From an uncultured virus (IMG/VR IMGVR_UViG_3300020414_000716) (lineage: Duplodnaviria; Heunggongvirae; Uroviricota; Caudoviricetes), in the IMG/VR virus record IMGVR_UViG_3300020414_000716: a stretch of DNA of 64,000 bases. One strand, given 5' to 3'. The translations under genes were made by a program, and so were the position numbers. The notes beneath the pieces were generated by a model. The model did no database searches. It worked only from the letters and a program-made list of their open reading frames with translations, and had not been told where the DNA came from. Positions 56,385 through 64,000 of this stretch are shown here, in pieces. Within the stretch, counting starts at the first letter, position 1. Each line of letters opens with the position of its first letter.

Positions 56385-56695
56385 TATGTTGCATTGTACA
56401 TATCTTGACCATTTGAATACTTCATCATTTCTTTTTTCAAATTGTCATATATTTCGTTTCTCATGTTCATAAGGTCTTTAGTCATAGAACCGTATTCCAT
56501 GTGCAACTTACTAATTAATTCTAGTTTTTTTCCTGCCTTCCTATCACCTACTGCTTTTGCAATATGCATAAGTGATAATGTGTGTTCGTTTCTATCAGTA
56601 AGTTTTGCAACTATATCAATATCTTTCTGTTTGAACTCTTTCTTTTCTTCAAGAGATTCTTCCCACATTGCACGAATAGTATCAAACTCATTCAT
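56384..56695 (-). CDS. Hypothetical late protein
   Basis: TDRNEHT motif after ESLEE. Confidence 0.65.
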   Translation of the reverse strand: MNEFDTIRAMWEESLEEKKEFKQKDIDIVAKLTDRNEHTLSLMHIAKAVGDRKAGKKLELISKLHMEYGSMTKDLMNMRNEIYDNLKKEMMKYSNGQDMYNAT

Positions 56696-56698
56696 GAT

Positions 56699-57040
56699 TT
56701 ATTCCTTAGACTCTACTACTTTTGTGTCTTCTTCAGGGTCTTCAGGAACAGGTGTAGGTGTAGGAGCTTCTTCTTCCTCATCTACATTCTCTTTTTGCAT
56801 CTTTTTCTTCTTATCATAAGACGCCATATACACACCTTCATCTTTAGCTTTGTAGTTTTTGTCAATGTAATTAAAGAATTCTTTTTTCTTTTCACCACTT
56901 AACTCATCAGGTGAAGTAACACCGAATTTTTTAAGAGTTGCATCAAAGAACTTTTTGTACTCTGCTGAACCTTCGATAACTTTTTTAGACGCTTCTAATA
57001 GGTCGTCTGATAAACCTAACTGGTATCCTGTAAAACTCAT
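56699..57040 (-). CDS. Hypothetical late protein
   Basis: YKKFFDATLKKFGVTSPDEL...KKEFFNYIDKNYKA motif. Confidence 0.7.
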   Translation of the reverse strand: MSFTGYQLGLSDDLLEASKKVIEGSAEYKKFFDATLKKFGVTSPDELSGEKKKEFFNYIDKNYKAKDEGVYMASYDKKKKMQKENVDEEEEAPTPTPVPEDPEEDTKVVESKE

Positions 57041-57348
57041 TGTTGTAACTCTCCTGTTTCGAAATAATCGAATAATTTTTGTTTATTATCTTCTGATAAA
57101 TCCATTGATTTTGCGAGTCTACCTAACATATTTTTCTCTGTTAGTTTTTCTATAGAGTGTCCGTCTTCCTCGACAACCTCTTCTTCAACTACTTCTTCTG
57201 CAGGTTCTTCAAATCCACTAAGAAGTTCATCAATCTCTTCATTGATTACATCGTCTTCAGTTTTTTCAACTACAGGTTCTTTTGCCTCTTTAAGACCTTC
57301 TCGAACCCTTAGTAGGGCCTCTTGCCAGTTTTCTGTTTTTTGACTCAT
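57037..57348 (-). CDS. Acidic late protein (prohead-core-like)
   Basis: Glu-rich; late-type CATAAATA upstream. Confidence 0.6.
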   Translation of the reverse strand: MSQKTENWQEALLRVREGLKEAKEPVVEKTEDDVINEEIDELLSGFEEPAEEVVEEEVVEEDGHSIEKLTEKNMLGRLAKSMDLSEDNKQKLFDYFETGELQQ

Positions 57349-57356
57349 ATCTTTAT

Positions 57357-57608
57357 TTATGTTAATTGGATTCTAACCACCAACTCTGATTCACCTTTTT
57401 CTAGGTTTCCCTTCATTAGATAACCATATCCTTGTTTTAATTCAATTGGCATATAACCTAATTCTCTCATATGCCACCCATTACCACTTAAAATGTGCAT
57501 GGTACTCTTCATACCCTTCACAATTTCTAAAGGAACTGAATCTGTAAATGTCCTAACTAGATATTTAATCCCAGTTCCATGCTGTTCGTAAACAACATCT
57601 TTAGTCAT
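57357..57608 (-). CDS. Hypothetical protein
   Basis: 83-aa ORF behind late-type TAATAAATA. Confidence 0.55.
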   Translation of the reverse strand: MTKDVVYEQHGTGIKYLVRTFTDSVPLEIVKGMKSTMHILSGNGWHMRELGYMPIELKQGYGYLMKGNLEKGESELVVRIQLT

Positions 57609-57627
57609 TTGACCTTTCCTATATTTA

Positions 57628-60180
57628 TTAGTCGTCTTTAAACTTAATTACAGGAGTGTTAACTCTGTATTGTTCTCCATAATTTATATAGTTCAGTGCT
57701 TTTTGAACATCTTTGTTTTTTGACATTCCTCTTTTAAGTTTTTCAATCTTTTTAATCGCATAGTTCATTGCACCACCATGGTCTAGTGCGATTTCAACTG
57801 CTTTTCTAACAGTTTTATCTCTTACAGGATTTCTTCTGAAGTAAACAGAAATCTCTTGTCCAGTAAGTTTCATACCGTCCATCTTACCTTCTGCAACTTC
57901 TTCTTTGAAAGAATCCACAAATGATTTCATATCTTTCTTATATGCATCTTTCATTTGTTTGTAATTTCTAGTGTTAACTACTGCGTGGAAATTTTTAAGA
58001 ACATTTTTATTTTTTGCAGATGCAGCCCATACGTTAGGGAAGTCTCTACGGATAATTGAATCACCCAATTTACCTTCTTCAAGTGTTACTTGAACCACAT
58101 CACTTTGTTCTATTACGTCTTTAACTACTCTTGATTTGTTTCTTAATTTAGGATTATTTTTCTCATACCAGTCTCTTGGTGATTGAGTAATCTTTCCTCT
58201 TCTATCAAACTGTAAATCACCACCAGTCCAATCTGTTAATGCTTTCATTAGAACTGTATTCAAATCAGTTCCAGGCCTAATTTTATTAAATTTCTTTGCA
58301 CGGTCTAGAGACTTTTGAGAAACTTTTTCTTTTTTGTCGTAAGGGTCAATGTCTCCGCCTGGTAATGTGTGATAATATGAATCTAACATATCTGAGAATG
58401 AATCGTCACCAAAGAATCTGTCTGAATCTATGTGGAACTTATGAACTTCTCTAGCAGTTTTTGCTTTGTGTGGTTTTGATAAGAACTTTTGAAGGTCTAA
58501 CATCTTATCATATGAATCAGGTATTTGCCATGTTCCTTCTTGTAAAGATACTTCTTCATTCAAATGATTAGCTGCATATTGAATTTGAGTTAATACTCCG
58601 TCTCTACCTGATACAGTAACATGATTTCTCATACCAAATTCGTCTATTGCTTTTAACATTGCAGTTAGACCTTTCTCAACATTAAGTTTACCTTTTTCGT
58701 TGGATATTGAAATTTCGTGAGATTGTGCAAGAACATCTCTACTGCCAAATTCTTTCGCAGCTTTCTTCATCTCAACAAATAATTCTTTTACTTCTGACGG
58801 TGCAAGTCCACCACCTCTAATTAATCCTGCAGGTTGACCACCATTATCGAATGAAGAGTTTACCATTTCTCTCCACTTCTCTTTATCTTTTTCTGAACCT
58901 CTTGCGTGTGGAACTCTAATTGCAATAGAGTTACAATCGTCTCTAAGGTCAAATGCTCTTGTTTCAACGTCTTTGAATAAATCAGATTTTTCAATAGTTG
59001 AATGACTTGTTAGTTTACCTGAAAATGGTTTTCCACGAACTGCTCTTGCAGGTCTATATCTAACATTAATTTTCTTACCGACCATTCCATTAACACTTTC
59101 TTCTACTGATTCTCTTCTAGGTGTTCTACTTCTTTTATCAGCATAATAATCTGCGAGGAAAGATTTTGCAACTGATAATGGAATCTTCCAATCTCTTGCG
59201 AGTTCTTTTGCAGTCGCACCTTGCTGAATGTCTATAAGTAAATCACTTAATCTACCCTCTCTGATAATTTCTTCCATTGCAGGTAGTTCACCCATTTTTG
59301 CAGCCATTCTCTTGAACCCTTTTGGATTCTGTTTCATCATAGACAATAGAACTTTTACATCAGTCATGTTTAAAAGATTTGCAACTCCAGCAATTTCTTT
59401 TTCACTTTTGACTTTAAATAATTTTTTAATCATGTCACCACTGGACATATTCTTTTCATCAAGTTCAACTTCTTCTCCTCTAAGGAGTTTTGTTGTTTGA
59501 AGTGTACCAATCATTGTAAGTATTGAATCTCTTGCATCAAGAACTTTCTTGTAACTTGCATTATGTTTTGTATCTTTAAGTTCTTTGTCACCCATAGTTG
59601 CAATCTTTTGATAATCTTTCAAGACCTTTTGCATATCTTTAGAGACCTTTCTCATTGCATTGATTTCTTTATCAGTGACTTCATTGATTGACTCACCTTC
59701 AGGGACGTGTGAATTCATATGTGCAAAGAACTCACCCATTATATCGTCTAGATACTCATCGATAACTTCATCTGTGTCATCAGGGTCGTCTGTGTTTATG
59801 TCTCCATTTTCCCATGCAAGATTGTATATGGCTTGATATACTTTATGTTTACCATACTCAGGACTTTGTCCTCTCTTTGCAAGCATTTCGATTTCTCTTT
59901 TATATTTCTTTGCAATTTGAGCTGGTTTCATTGCACGACCTTCTTCTAAGGTCTCTTCTTCAGGAGAATCTACTTGTTCATTGTACGGGAAACCTTTAAG
60001 GGGATTTTGGAATACCTGCGTAAATGCTTTTTTCTGTTTACTCTTTTTCTCTTGGATTACTTCCTGAATACCTGCAAGATATTTCTCAACCTCTTGTCCA
60101 GGCGTATCTTCTTGATATGCCTTTAGTGTTTCAGGTGTCCCGATTTCGTGGACTCCGTTGTCATGTTTATTTCCAGCCAT
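57628..60180 (-). CDS. Large modular protein, putative protease-processed internal head polyprotein
   Basis: Modules separated by (L/I/V)xE linkers: TLEEG, SINEV, ELDEK, IIREG, SVEES, SLQEG, TLEEG, EVAEG. Confidence 0.6.
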   Translation of the reverse strand: MAGNKHDNGVHEIGTPETLKAYQEDTPGQEVEKYLAGIQEVIQEKKSKQKKAFTQVFQNPLKGFPYNEQVDSPEEETLEEGRAMKPAQIAKKYKREIEMLAKRGQSPEYGKHKVYQAIYNLAWENGDINTDDPDDTDEVIDEYLDDIMGEFFAHMNSHVPEGESINEVTDKEINAMRKVSKDMQKVLKDYQKIATMGDKELKDTKHNASYKKVLDARDSILTMIGTLQTTKLLRGEEVELDEKNMSSGDMIKKLFKVKSEKEIAGVANLLNMTDVKVLLSMMKQNPKGFKRMAAKMGELPAMEEIIREGRLSDLLIDIQQGATAKELARDWKIPLSVAKSFLADYYADKRSRTPRRESVEESVNGMVGKKINVRYRPARAVRGKPFSGKLTSHSTIEKSDLFKDVETRAFDLRDDCNSIAIRVPHARGSEKDKEKWREMVNSSFDNGGQPAGLIRGGGLAPSEVKELFVEMKKAAKEFGSRDVLAQSHEISISNEKGKLNVEKGLTAMLKAIDEFGMRNHVTVSGRDGVLTQIQYAANHLNEEVSLQEGTWQIPDSYDKMLDLQKFLSKPHKAKTAREVHKFHIDSDRFFGDDSFSDMLDSYYHTLPGGDIDPYDKKEKVSQKSLDRAKKFNKIRPGTDLNTVLMKALTDWTGGDLQFDRRGKITQSPRDWYEKNNPKLRNKSRVVKDVIEQSDVVQVTLEEGKLGDSIIRRDFPNVWAASAKNKNVLKNFHAVVNTRNYKQMKDAYKKDMKSFVDSFKEEVAEGKMDGMKLTGQEISVYFRRNPVRDKTVRKAVEIALDHGGAMNYAIKKIEKLKRGMSKNKDVQKALNYINYGEQYRVNTPVIKFKDD

Positions 60181-60181
60181 T

Positions 60182-61750
60182 TTATTTTTCCCCTTTTTCC
60201 CTCAAACGAGGTTCTTTTCTATTGTAATTTTGTGATACAATCGATAGATTCGACTTATCGTTATTCATAGGATTGTTATCTTTATGATGAACGTCCTTTC
60301 CTTTGATTCCTTTTCTGTTTTTTAGAATTCTTCGTGCTTCATTTCTTTTTGCACGTCTTCTAATTTGTTCAGGTGAGGAATGATAATTCTCATATTCCTT
60401 TTTGTAATTTCTCTTACTTTTAGTTCCACAATCTCCTTCGTCTAGTGTATCACCAAATTTAAGAAATAACTTTCCTTTTGCTTGTTTCTTATCGGTAACT
60501 TTCGCACCAACAAAAGAACCAAGTGTATTCAACATACCAATACCTTTTTCTTGGTTTTTTCTAATTTCTCTTCCAACCTGACTTTTAATTTTTTTCATTA
60601 CAGAATCGATTATCTCTTCGATACTTGCAACTAATTTACCTTCGTCAACTGACTCACTCATAACAAGTACACTAAGTTGATTAATCAATGTAGTCAACAC
60701 TGGTGTAGGCATTGTAGAAATAACTTGTATTTGTTTTTTAGATATTCCTTTAATATTCTTTATCTTTTTTAGAATTTGGTCTCTATTCTCTTCAATCTCT
60801 TCACCTTGAGCTCTTTTGATTTGGTCATCTGTAGGAGCGCCTTTCGCACCTTTCTTTCTCATTTTCTCACCACGTGCTTTCTTTGCACGAATGTTATCCC
60901 AAAGTCCTTCTTGTTTATTCTTTAAAGATTTACCATGTTTGTCGTAACCAGGCTTTCCTGCCTTTTCTTTTTTAGATATTGCGATTGCAGCTTGTTGAGC
61001 TCTTGATTTACCACCTTCTTCTAGTTCAACTTCTTCGTTTTTCTTTCTGTCTGCTTCTCTTTTCTTTTGTATCGCAACGTCTTGTGTTTCTTTTTCTTTT
61101 GCACGGTCAAGTCTTTCGTTTTCTCTCTCATGTCGGTCTTTCATGTTTTCGAGTTCTCTCTCGTGTTTTAATTTAAGACGTTCCATTTCATCAGTCTGTT
61201 GTGCTTTCTTTTGTGCCTTTTGGACTGCAACATTATCTTCTTCTAGACTTTCACCTCTAACTTGTTTTGCAAGGTCAGCGTCTGCTTTACCCCATGTTCC
61301 TTTTGACTTAGTTATAAAACTGTTAACTCTTGCCATTGCCCACTGAGGTGCAGTTGCGCCTGGTCTATGTCCACCTTTATAAGCTGCAAGTCCTCTGTTA
61401 TAAACTTTTTTAAGAATACTCAAAGGCATTCCTGACTTTTCTGCTTTCTTCTTTAGACCTTCAACGTTTTCTCCAAACATTTTTTCTGCCTTTTTAGTGT
61501 GAACTGACTTTTTAGTTTTTGCAGTTGCATCACCTGGCGCAGGCCCTTCTTTTCCTTTCTTGAAGTGTGCTGCCCTTTTGTCTTTTGTAGACTTAGACAT
61601 ATCTCCTGCATAATACTTTGCAGGTTGTGTACCCTTTTTATCTTTTATCTCAGGGTCTTGTTTTACTTCTGCAAAAATAGACTTAAAGGTCTCAATATCG
61701 TCCTTTCGACTTTGTCTTTGTGCATTAAGTATTTGGTCTAAAATATCCAT
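60182..61750 (-). CDS. Modular basic protein with C-terminal HNH endonuclease domain
   Basis: KKAEKSG...LKKVYNRG.AA...QWAMARVNSF module; KDVHHKDNNPMNN..SNL...NR HNH. Confidence 0.7.
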   Translation of the reverse strand: MDILDQILNAQRQSRKDDIETFKSIFAEVKQDPEIKDKKGTQPAKYYAGDMSKSTKDKRAAHFKKGKEGPAPGDATAKTKKSVHTKKAEKMFGENVEGLKKKAEKSGMPLSILKKVYNRGLAAYKGGHRPGATAPQWAMARVNSFITKSKGTWGKADADLAKQVRGESLEEDNVAVQKAQKKAQQTDEMERLKLKHERELENMKDRHERENERLDRAKEKETQDVAIQKKREADRKKNEEVELEEGGKSRAQQAAIAISKKEKAGKPGYDKHGKSLKNKQEGLWDNIRAKKARGEKMRKKGAKGAPTDDQIKRAQGEEIEENRDQILKKIKNIKGISKKQIQVISTMPTPVLTTLINQLSVLVMSESVDEGKLVASIEEIIDSVMKKIKSQVGREIRKNQEKGIGMLNTLGSFVGAKVTDKKQAKGKLFLKFGDTLDEGDCGTKSKRNYKKEYENYHSSPEQIRRRAKRNEARRILKNRKGIKGKDVHHKDNNPMNNDKSNLSIVSQNYNRKEPRLREKGEK

Positions 61751-61759
61751 ACAATCTAT

Positions 61760-63082
61760 TTATCTCTTTTTGCGAGTTAACTCTCCATGCTTCTTACGAG
61801 TTAACTCCATTTCTTTCCATGCGAGTGCAGTCTTATTAGTAGGGAATTTTTGAACCCAACTCATAAGATGTCCAAATAACCCTGAAGCTTTCTTTTGAAG
61901 TGACTGAACAGTATCGTCATTTACTATTTCTATAAAGTCTTTTCCAAACATTCTCTTGAATATAGCTGCATTTTTTGCTACTGCTTCGTGTTCTTTTATT
62001 AATATTTCGGGTGGAAGTGTTCTTGGTCTCATTGAATTAAGTCTTTGTGCGAGTTCTAAACTGGTTTTAACAAACACCATTTTATACTCATATCCTAATT
62101 TATCTAACTGTTTTTTGTATGCTTGTATTTTACCTGCTTTTGCACTTGTAGTGTCAAAGATTAATCCTAATCTTTCAGGCATATGCATATCCATTTGTTT
62201 TTTTGCAGTTGCTTTTGCTCTTGAACGAAGTGCATCTCTTTTAGGATTTACTGTACCACTTCCAGTTGCAGTCATTTTCATAGACATATTTGCATCTTTC
62301 ATAAGTCTTTCAAAGTGTGTATCACTATTAATTGTTTTGAGTCCTAGTGACTTTAGTGCAAGTGCATCAACCACTGTTGATTTACCTGAACCTGGCCCAC
62401 CCATTAAAAATACTGCTTTGAATATGCCTGGGTCATATACACCTTCATGTAAATCTTGTGCCATGTAAATAGGCATAGTTTCTTCTCTGATACCCATACC
62501 TTGTCTGACTTCTTTATATAATAATTCTTGGTCTTTTAAATTTTTAGATGCAACACCATTTTTAAATGAATCGAAATCCCCTTCTTCTGCAGCTGCTCTC
62601 ATTTTACTTGCAGACATTCCTGAAACTAAATCGTCTGAATCGGGGTCTCTTTCTCCTGCAGAAATTATTTGAATTGAGTCAAAATTGTAATATCCATGTC
62701 TTCCTTTTGACCCGTTATACTTTTTGATAAGTGTATCGAACTCTCTAACTCTATCTGAACCAACGACCATTCTTAGTTCTCTATATCCTTGTGAGTATAA
62801 TTCTGTTACGATTTGGAAGATTTGTCTTGCGTTTGTTTTGATAATGTTTACTTTTCTTCCAAAGAATTTTTTCATCCATTTCTGTTTTGTATTATAGTCT
62901 AATGGATTCTTTTTAGGGTCTTGGGAATGAGACATAAAAACCAAAGGTGTAAATCCACCACTACTAGATTTTACTAGTGCATCGATAAGTTTACCGTGTC
63001 CTACAGTAGGTGGATTAAATCGACCAAAAGTTATTACTGCCTTTTGACCTTTGTTTTCTTTGAATTGTCTAAACGTCTTCAT
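61760..63082 (-). CDS. Cytidylyltransferase-like nucleotidyltransferase fused to a P-loop kinase (zeta/AAA_33-like)
   Basis: FGRFNPPTVGH, VVGSDR, SAGERDPD, MSASKMR; then FLMGGPGSGKS, INSD, FDTT. Confidence 0.82.
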   Translation of the reverse strand: MKTFRQFKENKGQKAVITFGRFNPPTVGHGKLIDALVKSSSGGFTPLVFMSHSQDPKKNPLDYNTKQKWMKKFFGRKVNIIKTNARQIFQIVTELYSQGYRELRMVVGSDRVREFDTLIKKYNGSKGRHGYYNFDSIQIISAGERDPDSDDLVSGMSASKMRAAAEEGDFDSFKNGVASKNLKDQELLYKEVRQGMGIREETMPIYMAQDLHEGVYDPGIFKAVFLMGGPGSGKSTVVDALALKSLGLKTINSDTHFERLMKDANMSMKMTATGSGTVNPKRDALRSRAKATAKKQMDMHMPERLGLIFDTTSAKAGKIQAYKKQLDKLGYEYKMVFVKTSLELAQRLNSMRPRTLPPEILIKEHEAVAKNAAIFKRMFGKDFIEIVNDDTVQSLQKKASGLFGHLMSWVQKFPTNKTALAWKEMELTRKKHGELTRKKR

Positions 63083-63581
63083 TGTCCTGATTCATTATCC
63101 TAAATTTTAGTAAAGACTTACCGTTTATTGTAATGTCTCCCTTTTCATTTTTACCTATTTCTTTGACAACCATTTTCTTGTTTTTAAATCTTCCACCAAG
63201 AACTACGTCACCAACACTTATAGGCACTTGTATGTTTTCGTCCAATAACTCTCCGAATGTTGCCATTCTAAAGTCGTCTTGAACTTTTGCATTCTTTCTC
63301 CACTGCCAACATGACCAGTAATTTGCTTTCCATTTTGGGCCTGGGTCTGTATCGCAACCCATTCTTGCACGGAATGATTTTAACCTTTCAGGGTCATCTC
63401 TTTTTATTTCCATAGAAGAACTTCCAAATGTTACTTTTACAACATTACCTTTATCGTTCTTCACATAGACACCAAATTTCTTTGCAGAACCAGTAGGTAA
63501 TCTAAAAGGTGAGTTAAGTGTAACTTTCCTTCCTTTGTACTCTGCTTCTTCTAATTCTAATTCATATAAATCTTCTGACAT
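63069..63581 (-). CDS. Conserved T4-like hypothetical protein (two modules)
   Basis: AEYKGRKVTLN.P...KKF.VYVKN.KGNV.KV.FG...SFRAR..C...A.YWSC; second module GD..L.GRFKNK. Confidence 0.72.
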   Translation of the reverse strand: MSEDLYELELEEAEYKGRKVTLNSPFRLPTGSAKKFGVYVKNDKGNVVKVTFGSSSMEIKRDDPERLKSFRARMGCDTDPGPKWKANYWSCWQWRKNAKVQDDFRMATFGELLDENIQVPISVGDVVLGGRFKNKKMVVKEIGKNEKGDITINGKSLLKFRIMNQDNEDV

Positions 63582-63582
63582 T

Positions 63583-64000
63583 TTACTTATCCCATGCCTT
63601 AGCGGCGTTAAAATTATTCTGACTAAATTCCATTCTATCTACAAGTTTAACTGCAGAACCTGTACTATCGATTGCAACATAACCTTCAGGATTTACTACT
63701 TTAAATCCTGTATCAGTTCTTACAAAAGTTCCGATACTCTTTACTCTATTTAGAGCGTCTATAATTAACTTTTTAGAGTCAATTAAGAATCCTTGGAACT
63801 TTGCAAGGTTATCAACCATTTTAGAAATTGACCTTAAATCACGCATGATATTATCACCAATTTCTCTTTTAATCTTTTTGGTTTTCTCCATCTTAACTTT
63901 TGCAACAATCTTATCTTTCCAATAAGTTTCTACATGAGTTAGATAGTCTCTTCCGTTCGGATTCCACTTACCACTTCTAATAAGTGTGTTAGTGTATGTT
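63583..64000 (-). CDS. Conserved T4-like hypothetical protein (5' part outside the window)
   Basis: Frame open to the window end; GFKVVNPEGYVAID..GSAVKLVDRMEFS.NNF motif. Confidence 0.75.
   Translation of the reverse strand, partial: TYTNTLIRSGKWNPNGRDYLTHVETYWKDKIVAKVKMEKTKKIKREIGDNIMRDLRSISKMVDNLAKFQGFLIDSKKLIIDALNRVKSIGTFVRTDTGFKVVNPEGYVAIDSTGSAVKLVDRMEFSQNNFNAAKAWDK

Noticed and set aside
60182..60420. HNH domain as a mobile homing endonuclease
   Set aside because: It is an in-frame C-terminal module after an xLDE linker, with no intron or free-standing insertion features.
503..63753. Numerous plus-strand ORFs in the ORF track (e.g. 1876-2373, 25257-25802, 55327-55959, 61956-62468)
   Set aside because: They are antisense shadows of well-supported minus-strand genes, with Ser/Phe/Leu-biased composition and no RBS or motifs.
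1..64000. Stop-codon reassignment or suppressor tRNAs
   Set aside because: Core genes are full length under code 11 using TAA/TAG/TGA stops, and both tRNAs have standard anticodons and identity elements.

Overview
This window is 64 kb of an AT-rich T4-like (Kyanoviridae/Straboviridae-type) myophage genome, probably marine, with almost all genes on the minus strand. Gene content by coordinate: baseplate/tail module (gp6, gp25, gp5, gp27-like, gp53, gp48, tape-measure-like, gp51/gp26, gp54, gp2, gp4); phage-encoded ribosomal protein bS21 and a DNA methyltransferase; replication/transcription genes (gp32, gp59, gp33, RNase H, primase, nrdAB, glutaredoxin); early hypotheticals behind sigma70-like promoters; an auxiliary enzyme island (radical SAM, SDR, RimK fused to a retropepsin-like domain, HesB, split carbamoyltransferase, several 2OG-Fe(II) oxygenases, TrpG-like amidotransferase, TorF-like porin); spanins; two tRNAs (Ala-UGC, Thr-UGU); a ~1.25 kb largely non-coding, promoter- and repeat-rich region; and late genes that look like protease-processed internal head proteins. 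The bS21 type, porin and spanins suggest a Gram-negative, probably gammaproteobacterial, host (inference). Top leads: (1) a likely -1 programmed frameshift fusing gp26 to a start-less gp51 upstream of the tape measure gene, analogous to lambda G/GT; (2) T4-type capsid-targeting N-termini on enzymes (RimK-protease, nucleotidyltransferase-kinase), implying an injected host-takeover kit that with bS21 may remodel ribosomes; (3) several unannotated structured RNAs, including a loop-E/GNRA element before a 39-aa ORF. All family calls come from motif recognition by eye, not database searches.
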